Positions 47,269 to 58,415 are shown, counted from the stretch's first letter. The stretch: 64,000 bases of DNA from Alphaproteobacteria bacterium (GCA_964291215.2 OZ219791.1:1120001-1184000), one strand, 5' to 3'. The notes: generated from the letters alone by a model not told the origin. Program-made: numbers and translations.

Positions 47269-48755
47269 GTAACTGCTCACCCCCTGGTTCCGGCTTGATG
47301 TCGGGGTAGAGCAACAAACGGGTTTTCGTGGAGATTTGACACTGCATGCCGATTCGCTTAGTGGTGGTCATCGAGAACGACGGGGACCGCCAGTGGGCTA
47401 CTTTGGATCGAAGGCGACGAGCGGGCTGTGCCAGCTGCTTCCGGGGCTCCAGCCCCCGCATGATCTGTATGTGAAAACGCATCTCGGAAGCGACGCGCTG
47501 ATGAAGCGCAAGGTCGGGTGATGGCGACGGGCGGCGCGCGAGGAGTTCGAAGCGGCCAAGGCGCTGCGTGCGGCCGGCAAGGTGCCGAAAGAGGCCGTGA
47601 TCCGCGTCCTCGTCATCCTGCTCGACATCCTCATCGTCGTCCTTCTGGAGAAGACCACGCACGAGCCGGAACTCCGGTCTGCCGCCGTCACAGACGGACA
47701 AGAGCGTGCCGGGAGCAACGGCCCGAAGCCGAACCGGCAGATGGGCGACAACCTGCGCAAGACCATCGTCGAGGAAACGGTCGCGGCCTGCGACGCCTGC
47801 GGCGCTGACGGCCCCGTCGATCGGGAGCGCCGCACGACATCGTGTTCGAGGTCGTCGAGCGCCGCGCCGAGATCAAGGAATGCCCGAAGTGCAAGGCCCG
47901 GTTCCCCGACAACATCCCGTGCAGTACGGCATCGGCATTCAGGCCCTCGTCATCAACCTGCTGGTCGCCCAGATGCTGTCCCTGCGCCGTGCCGTCGCGT
48001 TCGTGCAGGCGATCTCCGGCATCAAGCTCTCCGAGGCAACCTGCCTCAGCTATGCTTTCACGATGCGTCATGGGAGGAGGCCGCCGTGGCGCACCTCCTG
48101 CAACGCCCGATGTCGACGATTTCGGATCAACAGTAAGTGGCTTCATGTCGTGGGACCCTGACGTGCAAGTTCCCGCACCGCAAGCGCGGGCAAGAGATCG
48201 GCCCGTGCTACAAGGGCGTCCAGGGCCTCGTACATGGGCCAGTGTAGCCACCAGCTGTGCGGTAGCCACCTGCTGCGCGAACTGACCTTTGTCGTCGAGG
48301 CTACCGCGCGACTGATGAAGAGTCTGCTCCGCGAGGTCTGCCACAAGGTCAACAAGAGCGCATCCAAAACCCTGAACGACGCCGGGCGCAAGCGCTACCG
48401 CACCATCAGGGCGCCAGGGAACTGCCCGACATCCCGACGAAAGGAAAACGCATCGCAAACGCGCACAACCTGCACGAACGTCTCGTGAAACACGAAAACC
48501 TGCGCTTCACAGACGACCCCAACGTCAGCTTCACCAACAATGCCGGAGAACAGAAGATCAGGATGGCAAAGGTCAAGGTGTCCGGATGCTTCCGCTCCAC
48601 GCAAAAGCATGGTGCCGGGTCTCAAGCTACCTCACCTCCATGGCCGCACTCGGCTACAACTCACTCGTCGCCACCCAGATCGCCCTCGACGGAAAAGCCG
48701 CAGACATCATCAACGAGCACTATGAATCAGAACCCAACAAGGGGTGAGTAGATAC
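47269..48755 (+). mobile_element. IS66-family element, copy B
   Basis: Both TIRs present; 8-bp TSD GTTTCGGT. Confidence 0.93.
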
Positions 48756-49732
48756 GTTTCGGTTTCCCATTTTTCGTCGATGAGGACCGCGGTTGAGAGG
48801 CGCTCCAACGAGGCAAGGTTCGGAAAGACCCTGACTTTTAAGGTGCGCCGCTTGAGCTCTTGCTGGATCGGTCGCTCGATGCCGTTCGAGGTTCGCATGC
48901 GCTTGCGGTGAGCATCGGGCAAGGTGAAGACAGCGAGCCCCGCATTGTTTTCCAGCCAGGAAGCCTGGATGCTTGTCGCTGGCCACGAGGGCGCCCAGTT
49001 CAGCCTCGGCGGTTTGGAGTGAGGAGGCGTGGCTCCGAGCTGTTTTCCAATACGTTTCCTGATGTCATTGTTCGGTGCACGGCGTTTTGCGCCAAGTGGA
49101 ACTGGCAGCGCTGCCACGTCGCCGCGCCCAGCACCGTGCCGCTTTCAGCCCGGCATCCGAGACGATGAAGGTCGTACCATGTGCAGGGCCTGCAAGCTTT
49201 CCAGGAAGGCTCTCCAATGGACCTCGGCCTCGGAGAGCGCCACAGAGAGCCCCAGAACGTGCCTGCAGCCCCTATTCCGATGGCCGAGAGCACTGCAACA
49301 TCGCGCACAACGCCGTCATGGCGGGCTTTTTCGTAGCGCGCATCCAGGATCAGGTATTTCATCAGGGGCCGGTTGCGCGGTGAGTTCTTCGTCGAGCAAC
49401 CTGGTGGCCCCCTGAGAAGAGGACAGGCTCCCGAACTCGCGCATTACATCCTGCCGTGTGGAAACACCCTTGATGTACATCTCGGCTACGGCGCGAGAAG
49501 ATCGCTGGCCGCGTTCAAGCGACTGGGGACGGATCGTCCCCGTGACCGGCCGTCTTTGGCACTTGAACGGTAACAGGGGGGTGTCGATCCGCTTGTAGCC
49601 GTTGGCATAGCCCTGTCGCTCCGGCGTCCGGTGGCCCGCTTTCAAGTACTGCTCGCGCTCGATTTGCATCGCAAGCTCGAAGAGCTGGCCAAAGACCCGC
49701 CCCAGATCCGTTGCTCCGTTTGCGATCAAATG

Positions 49733-51207
49733 GTAACTGCTCACCCCCTGGTTCCGGCTTGATGTCGGGGTAGAGTAACGAACGGGTTTTCGTGGAGATT
49801 TGACACTGCATGCCGATTCGCTTAGTGGTGGTCATCGAGAACGACGGGGACCGCCAGTGGGCTACTTTGGATCGAAGGCGACGAGCGGGCTGTGCCAGCT
49901 GCTTCCGGGGCTCCAGCCTCCGCATGATCTGTATGTGGAAACGCATCTCGGAGGCGGCGCGCTGATGAAGCGCAAGGCCGGGTGATGGCGACGGTCAACG
50001 CGGCGCGCGAGGAGTTCGAAGCGGCCAAGACTGCGGCGCTGCCGGCAAGGTGCCGAAAGAGGCCGTGATCCGCGTCTTCGTCATCCTGCTCGACATCATC
50101 ATCGTCGTCCTTCTGGAGAAGACCACGCACGAGCCGGAACTCCGGTCTGCCGCCGTCACAGACGGACAAGAGCGTGCCGGGAGCAACGGCCCGAAGCCGA
50201 ACCGGCAGATGGGCGACAACCTGCGCAAGACCATCGTCGAGGAAACGGTCGCGGCCTGCGACGCCTGCGGCGCCGACGGCCCCGTCGATCGGGAGCGCCG
50301 CACGACATCGTGTTCGAGGTCGTCGAGCGCCGCGCCGAGGAATGTCCGAAGTGCAAGGCCCGGGGCCGGTTCCCCGACAACATCCCGTGCAGTACGGCAT
50401 CGGCATTCAGGTCCTCGTCATCAACCTGCTGGTCGCCCAGATGCTGTCCCTGCGCCGTCGCGCTCGTGCAGGCGATATCAAGCTCTCCGAGGCCTCGGCT
50501 ATGCTTTCACGATGCGTCATGGGAGGAGGCCGCCGTGGCGCACCTCCTGCAACGCCCGATGTCGATGATTTCGGATCAACAGCAAGTGGTTTCATGTCGT
50601 CGGGACGTGCAAGTTCCCGCACCGCAAGCGCGGGCAAGAGATCGGCCCGTGCTACAAGGGCGTCCTGGGCCTCGTACATGGGCCAGTGTAGCCACCAGCT
50701 GTGCGGCAGCCACCTGCTGCGCGAACTGACCTTTGTCGTCGAGGCTACCGCGCGACTGATGAAGAGCCTGCTCCCTGCCACAAGGTCAACAAGAGCGCAT
50801 CCAAGACCCTGAACGACGCCGGGCGCAAGCGCTACCGCACCATCAGGGCGCCAGGGAACTGCCCGACATCCCGCCGAAAGGAAAACGTGGACGCAAGTCC
50901 GACGCGCACAACCTGCACGAACGTCTCGTGAAACACGAGAAGTCCGTCCTGCGCTTCACAGACGACCCCAACGTCAGCTTCACCAACAATGCCGGAGAAC
51001 AGAAAATCAGGATGGCAAAGCTCAAGGTGTCCGGATGCTTCCGCTCCACGCAAAAGCATGGTGCCGGGGCTCGAGCTACCTCACCTCCATGGCCGCACTC
51101 GGCTACAACCCACTCGTCGCCACCCAGATCGCCCTCGACGGAAAAGCCGCAGACATCATCAACGAGCACTATGGCCAATCAGAACCCAACAAGGGGTGAG
51201 TAGATAC
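49733..51207 (+). mobile_element. IS66-family element, copy C
   Basis: Both TIRs present; 8-bp TSD ATCAAATG. Confidence 0.93.
49857..49985 (+). CDS. 42-aa leader ORF inside IS66 resembling a DNA adenine methylase N-terminus (also in the other copies)
   Basis: GYFGSKATSGLCQ...PPHDLYVETHLGGGALMKRK; preceded by TTGACA-N17-TAGTGG and GGGGA; TGATG overlap with the transposase start. Confidence 0.55.
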   Translation: MGYFGSKATSGLCQLLPGLQPPHDLYVETHLGGGALMKRKAG

Positions 51208-52123
51208 ATCAAATGTTCCAAAACAGTCCCGATCGTCGTAGTGTGTCGCAGGTCCATTCGCTTCCTCCATGAAGGTTTTGCAACTCCATGGGATAGTACG
51301 ATGGCGCCGCGTTTCACTGGGGGGGCTAGCCCCCCAGTAAAACGCCTCAAAGCGCAAACCTCAGACAAATTTCCAGACATCAAGTTATAGTACCAGCAGG
51401 GGACAAGGTCAGCCCGGAGTGCGAGACGGTCGTCAGTGGTCTGCTGATGAACTTGATGCTGACCGTGCTCATGGAGAAGGCCACGCGCAAGACCAGCGCC
51501 AGCCTCCCGCCGCCGCAGACGGACAAGGACGAGACCCTCCCCCCGGCGTGCCGGCGGCAGCGGCCCGAAGCCGAACCTGCAGACGGGCGACAACTTCCGG
51601 AAGACCGTCGTCGAGGAGACGGTCGCCGTCGAGGCCTGCGGCGCCGACCTCTCCGGCCTCGAGGCCGTCGCACGGGAGCGCCGCATCCTCTACGACATCG
51701 TCTTGGAGGTCTTCAAGCGCCGCGTCGACGCCGAGGTCAAGAAATGCCCGGATTGCCGGAGCCGGTCCCCCGAGACCATGCCCAGGCCGCGACAATACGG
51801 CAGCGGTCTGCAGGCCTTCGTCATCAACCTGCTGGTTGCCCAAATCCGGTCCCTGCGCCGGGCCGTCGCGCTGGTGCAGGCGATCTCCGGGCTCAGGCTC
51901 TCCGAGGCCACCTGCCCCCGCTACGTCAGCCGCCGTCACGGCCGCCGCTGCCCCGTTTTCGTTCAGGTCGCCGCACAAATTTCGGGCATGTTGCCTGAAT
52001 TCAGATCGTCCGCAGCGACGGTTACGCAACGCGCCGAACCCTCCATCCGGTCCTGTCCGCATTCGCTCGGTGAATGCGGACAGGCGGCTCGATGCGGAAT
52101 GCGTGGCACCCCGAGCCGCCGGA

Positions 52124-52468
52124 TCACTCCGCAGGCGCGGTTTCGGGGGCGTTGCGTCCGAGGATGTATGCTTCGACGAAGTCGAGCTTTCCCTTGATCT
52201 CCGCCTGGCCGGTCTCAAGCGCCCGCAGCCGGTTGTCGATTCCGTCGATACGCTTGTTGGTGTCGTCGATGCGTTTGACGAGCGCGGCGCCGGTGTCGTC
52301 GATGCGCCTGTTGGTGTCGTCGATACGCTTGTTGGTGTCGTCGATGCGCTTGCCGAGCCGGTCTTCGAGCCGCAGCATGCTGCGCCACATGAGACCGAGA
52401 ACGGTTAGCAGGACGACCGGTGTCAGCCAAGGAGAAATCTGGGCGGCGAACTGCGGTGTCTGGTCCAT
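52124..52468 (-). CDS. Small single-pass membrane coiled-coil protein with RIDDTNK heptads
   Basis: TM segment WLTPVVLLTVLGLMW followed by 21-nt repeats encoding (K/R)RIDDTN. Confidence 0.7.
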   Translation of the reverse strand: MDQTPQFAAQISPWLTPVVLLTVLGLMWRSMLRLEDRLGKRIDDTNKRIDDTNRRIDDTGAALVKRIDDTNKRIDGIDNRLRALETGQAEIKGKLDFVEAYILGRNAPETAPAE

Positions 52469-52752
52469 GCCGGCAATATGACACGGCGTGGCATCGAAAG
52501 CGAGAGTTTTTCGGTCCGGCTGGCGTCAGCCAGTGTTACAGCCGCGCCCGACGCGAACGGAAGCCCGCTACGTGCGGACGGTATCCCCGATTGGAGAGAG
52601 CATCGGCGGTTTGGTACTATCGGTCCTGGAATGCGGCCGTATATTGATCACGTGGTTGCCGTGAACCGACCCGGTGTCGAGAGTTGCGCACGGCCGGCGG
52701 TACGTTCTACGATTCCGCAACCTCCGGCAGTTTGCGAGAGCCCCGGCAGACA

Positions 52753-52973
52753 ATGGCGAGAGACATAGTCGTAAAGGTTCTGGGCAGGATCTTGCCACCA
52801 GATTTCCAGTTTCTGGATTTGCCGCGAAAACACCGAAACATTACCTTCGCCTTCGATCGTGATTTACGGGACCATGACTGGCTGCTCGTCCATGATGATC
52901 TGCTTCCGATAAGCGAGGAACGACTCGGCTGCGCCCGTGAGCGAACGATCCTGCTGACATACGAACCCAGTTC
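52753..52973 (+). pseudogene. Truncated ORF resembling a GT10-type glycosyltransferase N-terminus
   Basis: FAFDRDLRDHDWLLVHDD...E.L.C..E.TILLTYEPSS, cut by an IS66 end. Confidence 0.45.
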
Positions 52974-53232
52974 GTATCTGCTCACCCCTCCGTAGAGGCG
53001 GGTTTGGCGTTGTGCATTTTGATCATGTCGGTGGCGTTTCCGGCGAGTGCGATCTGGATGGCGACGAGTGGGTTGTAGCCGAGTGCGGTCATGGAGGTGA
53101 GATAGCTTGAGATTCGGCACCAGGCCTCGGCGTGGAGCGGAGTTCGGAAGCATCCGGACACCTTGATCTTGACCTTTGCCATCCGGATTTCCTGCTTGCC
53201 GGGGTTGTTGTCGCTCATGAAGCGCAGGACGT
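52974..53232 (-). mobile_element. IS66 right-end fragment (divergent variant)
   Basis: IR GTATCTGCTCACCCC; IRMAKVKIKVSGCFRT...CRISSYL. Confidence 0.85.
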
Positions 53233-53617
53233 GTTGTCGGTTGGATAAAACGGCGGGATTTCGGCGATTCGCCGCGCTTTTCAGGATCGTGTTTCTTTGC
53301 TGTTGTCAGGTCCTGTTGTCGCGGTTTCAGTGTTTGTCTGTTTGTCTCTGTGAACCCCGCCCGTTTTCTTCCCTGTTGTCGTTTCGGTCCGGTTCCGGTT
53401 TTTCTGCCGGCATGTGATCCGGGCTCCTGAGGGTTGTCGGGAGGATTCTGGTGTTCCGCGGGATCGTCTGCCTTCCCTCAGGACCATCGTCCTCGTAGGA
53501 CCACGACGAGGCCGGAGAACGTCAGGTCGAAACCCTGCGCACAAGGCTGAAGGTCCCCCCTTGCCCTTGAGTACCCCCTTGGGTGGCCCCTTGTGGGGTC
53601 AGGGTGGTCCGGTATCG

Positions 53618-54851
53618 GATACTGTAACTTGATGTCTGGAAATTGTCGTGAAGCTCTCAGTCATCGAGCTGTTCCCATTTGATCTTGGTTTCGGTTTCCC
53701 ATTTTTCGTCGATGAGGACCGCGGTTGAGAGGCGCTCCAACGAGGCGAGGTTTGGAAAGACCCTGACTTTGGAGGTGCGCCGCTTGAGCTCTTGCTGGAT
53801 CGGCCGCTCGATGCCGTTCGAGGTTCGCATACGTTTGCGGTGAGCATCGGGCAAGGTGAAGACAGCGAGCCCCGCATTCTTTTCCAGCCAGTCTGCGAAG
53901 CTTGGATGCTTGTCGCGATAGCTGGCCACGAGGGCGCCCAGTTCAGCCTCGGCGGTTTGGAGTGAGGACGCATGGCTCCGAGCTGTTTTCCAATACGTTT
54001 CCTGATGATGTTGTTCGGTGCGTGCTGCACGGCGTTCTGCGCCAAGTGGAACTGGCAGCGCTGCCATGTCGCCGCGCCCAGCACCGCGCGTCGTGCTGCT
54101 TTCAACCCGGCATGGTCATCCGAGACGATGAAGGTCGTACCATGCAGGGCTAGCAAGCTTTCCAGGAAGGCTCTCCAATGGACCTCAGCCTCGGAGAGCC
54201 CCAGAACGTGCCTGCAGCCCCTATTCCGATGGCCGAGAGCACTGCAACATCGCGCACAACGCCGTCATGGCGGGCTTTTTCGTAGCGCGCATCCAGGTAT
54301 TTCATCAGGGGCCGGTTGCGCGGCGAGTTCTTCATCGAGCAACCTGGTGGCCCGGCTGACCTGAGAAGAGGACAGGCTCCCGAACTCGCGCATTACATCC
54401 TGCCGCGTGGAAACACCCTTGATGTACATCTCGGCTACGGCGCGAGAAGATCGCTGGCCGCGTTCAAGCGACTGGGGGGGTCGTCCCCGTGACCGTTTGG
54501 CACCTGAACGGCAACAGTGGGGGTGTCGATCCGCTTGTAGCCGTTGGCATAGCCCTGTCGCTCCGGCGTCCGGTGGCCCGCTTTCAAGTGCTGCTCGCGC
54601 TCGATTTGCATCGCAAGCTCGAAGAGCTGGCCAAAGACCCGCCCCAGATCCGTTGCTCCGTTTGCGATCAGATGTTCCAAAACGGCCTCAATCGTCGTAG
54701 TGTGTCGCAAGTCCATTCGCTTCCTCCATGAAGGTTTACAGCTCCATGGGATAGCACGATGGCGCCGCGTTTCACTGGGGGCTAGCCCCCCCAGTGAAAC
54801 GCCTCAAAGCGCAAACCTCAGACAAATTTCCAGACATCAAGTTACAGTACC
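53618..54851 (-). mobile_element. IS256-family element, copy 2, degenerate
   Basis: IRs GATACTGTAACTTGATGTCTGGAAAT / ATTTCCAGACATCAAGTTACAGTACC; flanks do not match. Confidence 0.9.
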
Positions 54852-54943
54852 AAGGCCTTGAAATAAAGAGCGAGTCGCTCCGGATCGCTTTCCATAGTAT
54901 CAGCATTCTCCTCGCGTCAACCCAATTGCGAAGGAGAATGAAA

Positions 54944-56509
54944 ATGCGATCAATAAGCGAACCAGGGTGTTCATGGCACGTCATCAACGACCTGCATGCC
55001 GGGTTGTTGTCGGAGTTTCACATTTATCTGCAACAAGCAGGTAATTCTGAGAACTCCATCCGGTTTTATCTCGGTACAGCAAGGCATTTCCTAGCTTGGC
55101 TGAAGGCGGACGGGACCACGCTGGAAACCATTGATAATTCAGTTCTGTTAGCTTTCCGGGACCATGATTGCGACTGTTTCGTGTCGACGCAAGGGTTTCC
55201 ATGGCCGAAGCGGGAACCCGGGCTTGGCAAGACAAGCATGTTGCAGGCTATCCGCTTTGTGAATTTCCTGGAAAGCAGCGGCAGAACCTGGCATCCCGGC
55301 GAGATTCGAATTGGCATTCAATACCTTGAAGATTATAGCGAACAATGTTCGGAACTGGGGTATCGAGAAAGGACCCTTCGTGACTTGAAGTTTTACATCC
55401 GCCACTTTCTGGTGTGGCTCTACCGAACAAGAACTTCGATAAAGTCGATCAACTCGAACATTATAGAGTCGTTTCTCAGTCACGACTGCTTGTGCCACAA
55501 CTACGCTTTAACCCCCAACAAGCTCAGAAGGGCCAAGACCTGCGAATCGACTGTCAAGGACTTTGCAAATTACCTCGCCGAGCAGGGTGTCGCATCAGCG
55601 GCCGCTGCGAAATCACAGCAAGGAAGACCTCGAAAACTGGAGGGGTTTTGCGTCTGGCTTGAACAGCATCGCGGCATATCAACATCGACCATCGAGGTAC
55701 ATGATCACTATGCGTCGATTGTTGTCGGCAATCTTGGAACCGACACGAACCAGTACGATGCCGCTTTGGTCCGTCAAGTTCTGCTCCGCGAATTTGCCAG
55801 TAGCGGCTTGGGCCGTGCGAAGGCCATGACTTGTTCCACACGCATGTACCTGCGCTTTCTCGCGTCGACCGGTGCGTGTTCTCCTGGCCTCGTCAACTCA
55901 GTTCCATCCCCAGCGTTTTGGCGGCTCTCGACGCTGCCGCGTTACATACCCATGGAAGATGTCGAACAGATGATCGCATCCTGCGATGTGAACACGCCTG
56001 GAGGCGTGCGTGATCGCGCCATCCTGCTTCTACTTGCGAGGTTGGGTCTGCGTGCTGGAGATATCTGCGAACTTGGGCCCTCGGACATCGATTGGGTCAA
56101 CGCCGAAATCCATGTCTGCGGCAAGACGAGGCGGTCTGTGGCATTGCCGCTCCCACAAGACGTTGGCGATGCGGTGTTGCATTACATTCGCACAGCTCGT
56201 CCGACCGCCGCGACATCAAAGCTGTTTCTGTGCCTGAATGCGCCACATCGGCCTTTCGCCGATTCCAGCGCTGTGTCGATGATAGTCGCGGCCGCCCTCA
56301 AGCGCGCAGGTATAAATAGGCCACGCGGTCGAGGTGCCCATCTTCTGCGCCATTCTCTGGCCACAGACATGCTCCGCTCCGGTGCATCGATGGATACCAT
56401 AGGAGCGTTGCTTCGGCACAAGTCTCGGGAAACCACCGCGATCTACGCCAAAGTCGACGTTCCCATGCTCGAAAGTGTGGCTCAGCCGTGGGTCGGAGGC
56501 GACCGATGA
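54944..56509 (+). CDS. Tyrosine recombinase, RitA-type
   Basis: RDRAILLLLARLGLR, HLLRHS, H....TAIYAKVD; two H-x-C-x-C motifs in the N-terminus; start 54938 or 54944. Confidence 0.9.
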   Translation: MRSISEPGCSWHVINDLHAGLLSEFHIYLQQAGNSENSIRFYLGTARHFLAWLKADGTTLETIDNSVLLAFRDHDCDCFVSTQGFPWPKREPGLGKTSMLQAIRFVNFLESSGRTWHPGEIRIGIQYLEDYSEQCSELGYRERTLRDLKFYIRHFLVWLYRTRTSIKSINSNIIESFLSHDCLCHNYALTPNKLRRAKTCESTVKDFANYLAEQGVASAAAAKSQQGRPRKLEGFCVWLEQHRGISTSTIEVHDHYASIVVGNLGTDTNQYDAALVRQVLLREFASSGLGRAKAMTCSTRMYLRFLASTGACSPGLVNSVPSPAFWRLSTLPRYIPMEDVEQMIASCDVNTPGGVRDRAILLLLARLGLRAGDICELGPSDIDWVNAEIHVCGKTRRSVALPLPQDVGDAVLHYIRTARPTAATSKLFLCLNAPHRPFADSSAVSMIVAAALKRAGINRPRGRGAHLLRHSLATDMLRSGASMDTIGALLRHKSRETTAIYAKVDVPMLESVAQPWVGGDR

Positions 56510-57426
56510 CCATGACTTATCACGTCGAGCGCTACGTCGCTCTCAAACGCCATCTTGGCTTCAAGTTCGTCGGGCAGGGACGAATCCTGGGGACCTACGC
56601 CAAGCATGCGGACGATCACGGCGATGAGTTCATTCTTTGCAACCGGATGATCGAAGCGGCGACCGGAACCGCGAAACTTCCGACCATAAGGACGAGGCTC
56701 GCGTTTCTCCGGAATTTTGCCTTGTGGCTCCACTCAGAAGACGAACGCCACGAAGTCTTGCCCCGGAATGTGCTTGGCCAGCCGGAAACACGACGGCGAA
56801 CGCCATGCCTGATGACGCCGGAGGAAATCCGGAAAGTGATGAACGCGGCACTGGACTTGCCGCCTGCGGGTTCAATTACGCCGCACAGCATTTACTACAT
56901 GATCGGACTCGCCGCGGCCACGGGAATGCGAGCAAGCGAGGTCGTTTTGCTGACGATATCGGACCTCACCCCCGACGGTGTTGTTATCCAGGAGACAAAG
57001 TTCAAGAAATCAAGGCTCGTTCCCTTGCACCTTACCGTTCGCAGAGCTCTCGAACGGTATCTGGAGATCCGGAGGCAGAACGGAGCTGTCCACGACCGCC
57101 TGTTCGTTCTATCGAACGGCAATCCGGTTCAACCCGGGTACCTGTCCCAGAAGTTCACCGAACTGGCGATAAAGACAGGAATCAAAAAGGGGCCGGGCGA
57201 GGGACCCAGCTTTCACAGTTTGCGCCATACCTTCGCGGTCAGATCTCTGGAAACGGCCGATACGACCGATCACGCAGACATTAGTCGGCACATCGTGGCT
57301 TTGACTACCTATCTCGGCCACGCTCACATGTCGAGCACCTACTGGTACCTGGAGGCCACTCCGACTCTGCTCCAGTCAATCTCCGACGCTGTCGAGAACG
57401 CACATGTGAAAGGGGTATCGCGATGA
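56506..57426 (+). CDS. Tyrosine recombinase, RitB-type
   Basis: TGMRASE, TKFKKSRLVPLH, HSLRHTFA, YLGH...STYWYL. Confidence 0.92.
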   Translation: MTMTYHVERYVALKRHLGFKFVGQGRILGTYAKHADDHGDEFILCNRMIEAATGTAKLPTIRTRLAFLRNFALWLHSEDERHEVLPRNVLGQPETRRRTPCLMTPEEIRKVMNAALDLPPAGSITPHSIYYMIGLAAATGMRASEVVLLTISDLTPDGVVIQETKFKKSRLVPLHLTVRRALERYLEIRRQNGAVHDRLFVLSNGNPVQPGYLSQKFTELAIKTGIKKGPGEGPSFHSLRHTFAVRSLETADTTDHADISRHIVALTTYLGHAHMSSTYWYLEATPTLLQSISDAVENAHVKGVSR

Positions 57427-58415
57427 CGGACCTTGCCCCTTACATCTCTATGTTCCTGCAGCAGCATCTGCCGCGTGACCGAAACGTCAGCCGCCATACA
57501 ATCGCGAGTTACGCATACACCTTCGAGTTACTTGTCGACTTCGCCGCGGACAGGTTGGGAATCTGGCCGTCCGAAATGGCGATCGAGCAGATTACGGTAG
57601 AACTGGTTCTCGACTTCCTCGATAGTCTTGAAAAAGAGCGTCAGAATACGGTCCGGACCCGTAATCTCAGGCTTGCGGCGATCAAGTCGTTCTTCCGGTA
57701 TCTGGAGTTCAAGGTCCCCGCATGCCTGCATCTGGCGCAACGCGTTCATGCGATCCCCATAAAGAGCTTCGACCAAGCCTTGGTCGATTACCTCGAACGC
57801 GATGAGCTGCAAGCGGTACTGGATGCTCCGGACCCGACGACCGTGAATGGCGTACGGGATCGAGCAATGCTGCACTTGACCTACGCCGCGGGCTTGCGGG
57901 TCTCCGAACTCATCGGGCTCAAGTGCAACGATATAGCTCCCAATCCGGGGTGGGTTCATGTGATGGGAAAGGGCGACCGCAAATTGCCGGTAAGGAAGGA
58001 GACGCGCTCGCTCTTGGAGGACTGGCTGGCTGTACGGCCGGACTGTATCAGTGACCATCTCTTCCTGAACGCTCGGGGGCGGGCGATGACCCGACATGGG
58101 TTCGCGCACCGATTGGCTATCCATGTCGCTGCAGCAAAGCAGATAGTGCCGTCGATTGCAGAAAAGCGGGTCAGTCCGCATGTCATTCGACATTCCTGCG
58201 CGATCCATACCTTGGAAGTGGTCAGAGATCCGCGAAAGGTGTCGTTGTGGCTAGGTCATGCAAGTGTGCAGTCCACCGAAATCTATCTGCGCGCCGAACC
58301 GATCCAGAAACTCGAAATGCTGGGCGAAATGGTTCCGCCACATATCAGGAAAGGCAGATTCAATAATGTGCCAGACCACTTGATCGCAATGTTCCGTGAT
58401 CTCAAGAGGGTCTAA
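57423..58415 (+). CDS. Tyrosine recombinase, RitC-type
   Basis: TRNLRLAAIKSFF, GLRVSEL, SPHVIRHS, WLGHAS..STEIY. Confidence 0.92.
   Translation: MTDLAPYISMFLQQHLPRDRNVSRHTIASYAYTFELLVDFAADRLGIWPSEMAIEQITVELVLDFLDSLEKERQNTVRTRNLRLAAIKSFFRYLEFKVPACLHLAQRVHAIPIKSFDQALVDYLERDELQAVLDAPDPTTVNGVRDRAMLHLTYAAGLRVSELIGLKCNDIAPNPGWVHVMGKGDRKLPVRKETRSLLEDWLAVRPDCISDHLFLNARGRAMTRHGFAHRLAIHVAAAKQIVPSIAEKRVSPHVIRHSCAIHTLEVVRDPRKVSLWLGHASVQSTEIYLRAEPIQKLEMLGEMVPPHIRKGRFNNVPDHLIAMFRDLKRV

Larger units (their letters stand above)
47191..51394 (-). mobile_element. IS256-family element, copy 1 (about 1.23 kb net, with two nested IS66)
   Basis: IRs ..TGATGTCTGGAAATT..; LDARYEKAR, WQRCQFH and RTSNGIER..QELKRR..VFPN motifs; imperfect TSD AGCAGG. 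Confidence 0.9.
47114..51930 (+). pseudogene. Second IS66-type transposase 5' part, split by the IS256 insertion (47114-47190 + 51395-51930)
   Basis: SLRQQFDTFRKRFHDLRKQ continues as KVSPECE...MEKATRKTS, KKCPDC, SGLRLSEAT after the IS256. Confidence 0.65.

Noticed and set aside
53233-53617. T-rich/hairpin segment between IS66 and IS256 ends
   Set aside because: Probably another element end, but no partner or ORF supports a call
54794-54937. N-terminal extension of the first recombinase
   Set aside because: Reads through the IS256 end; SD AAGGAGA points to 54938/54944
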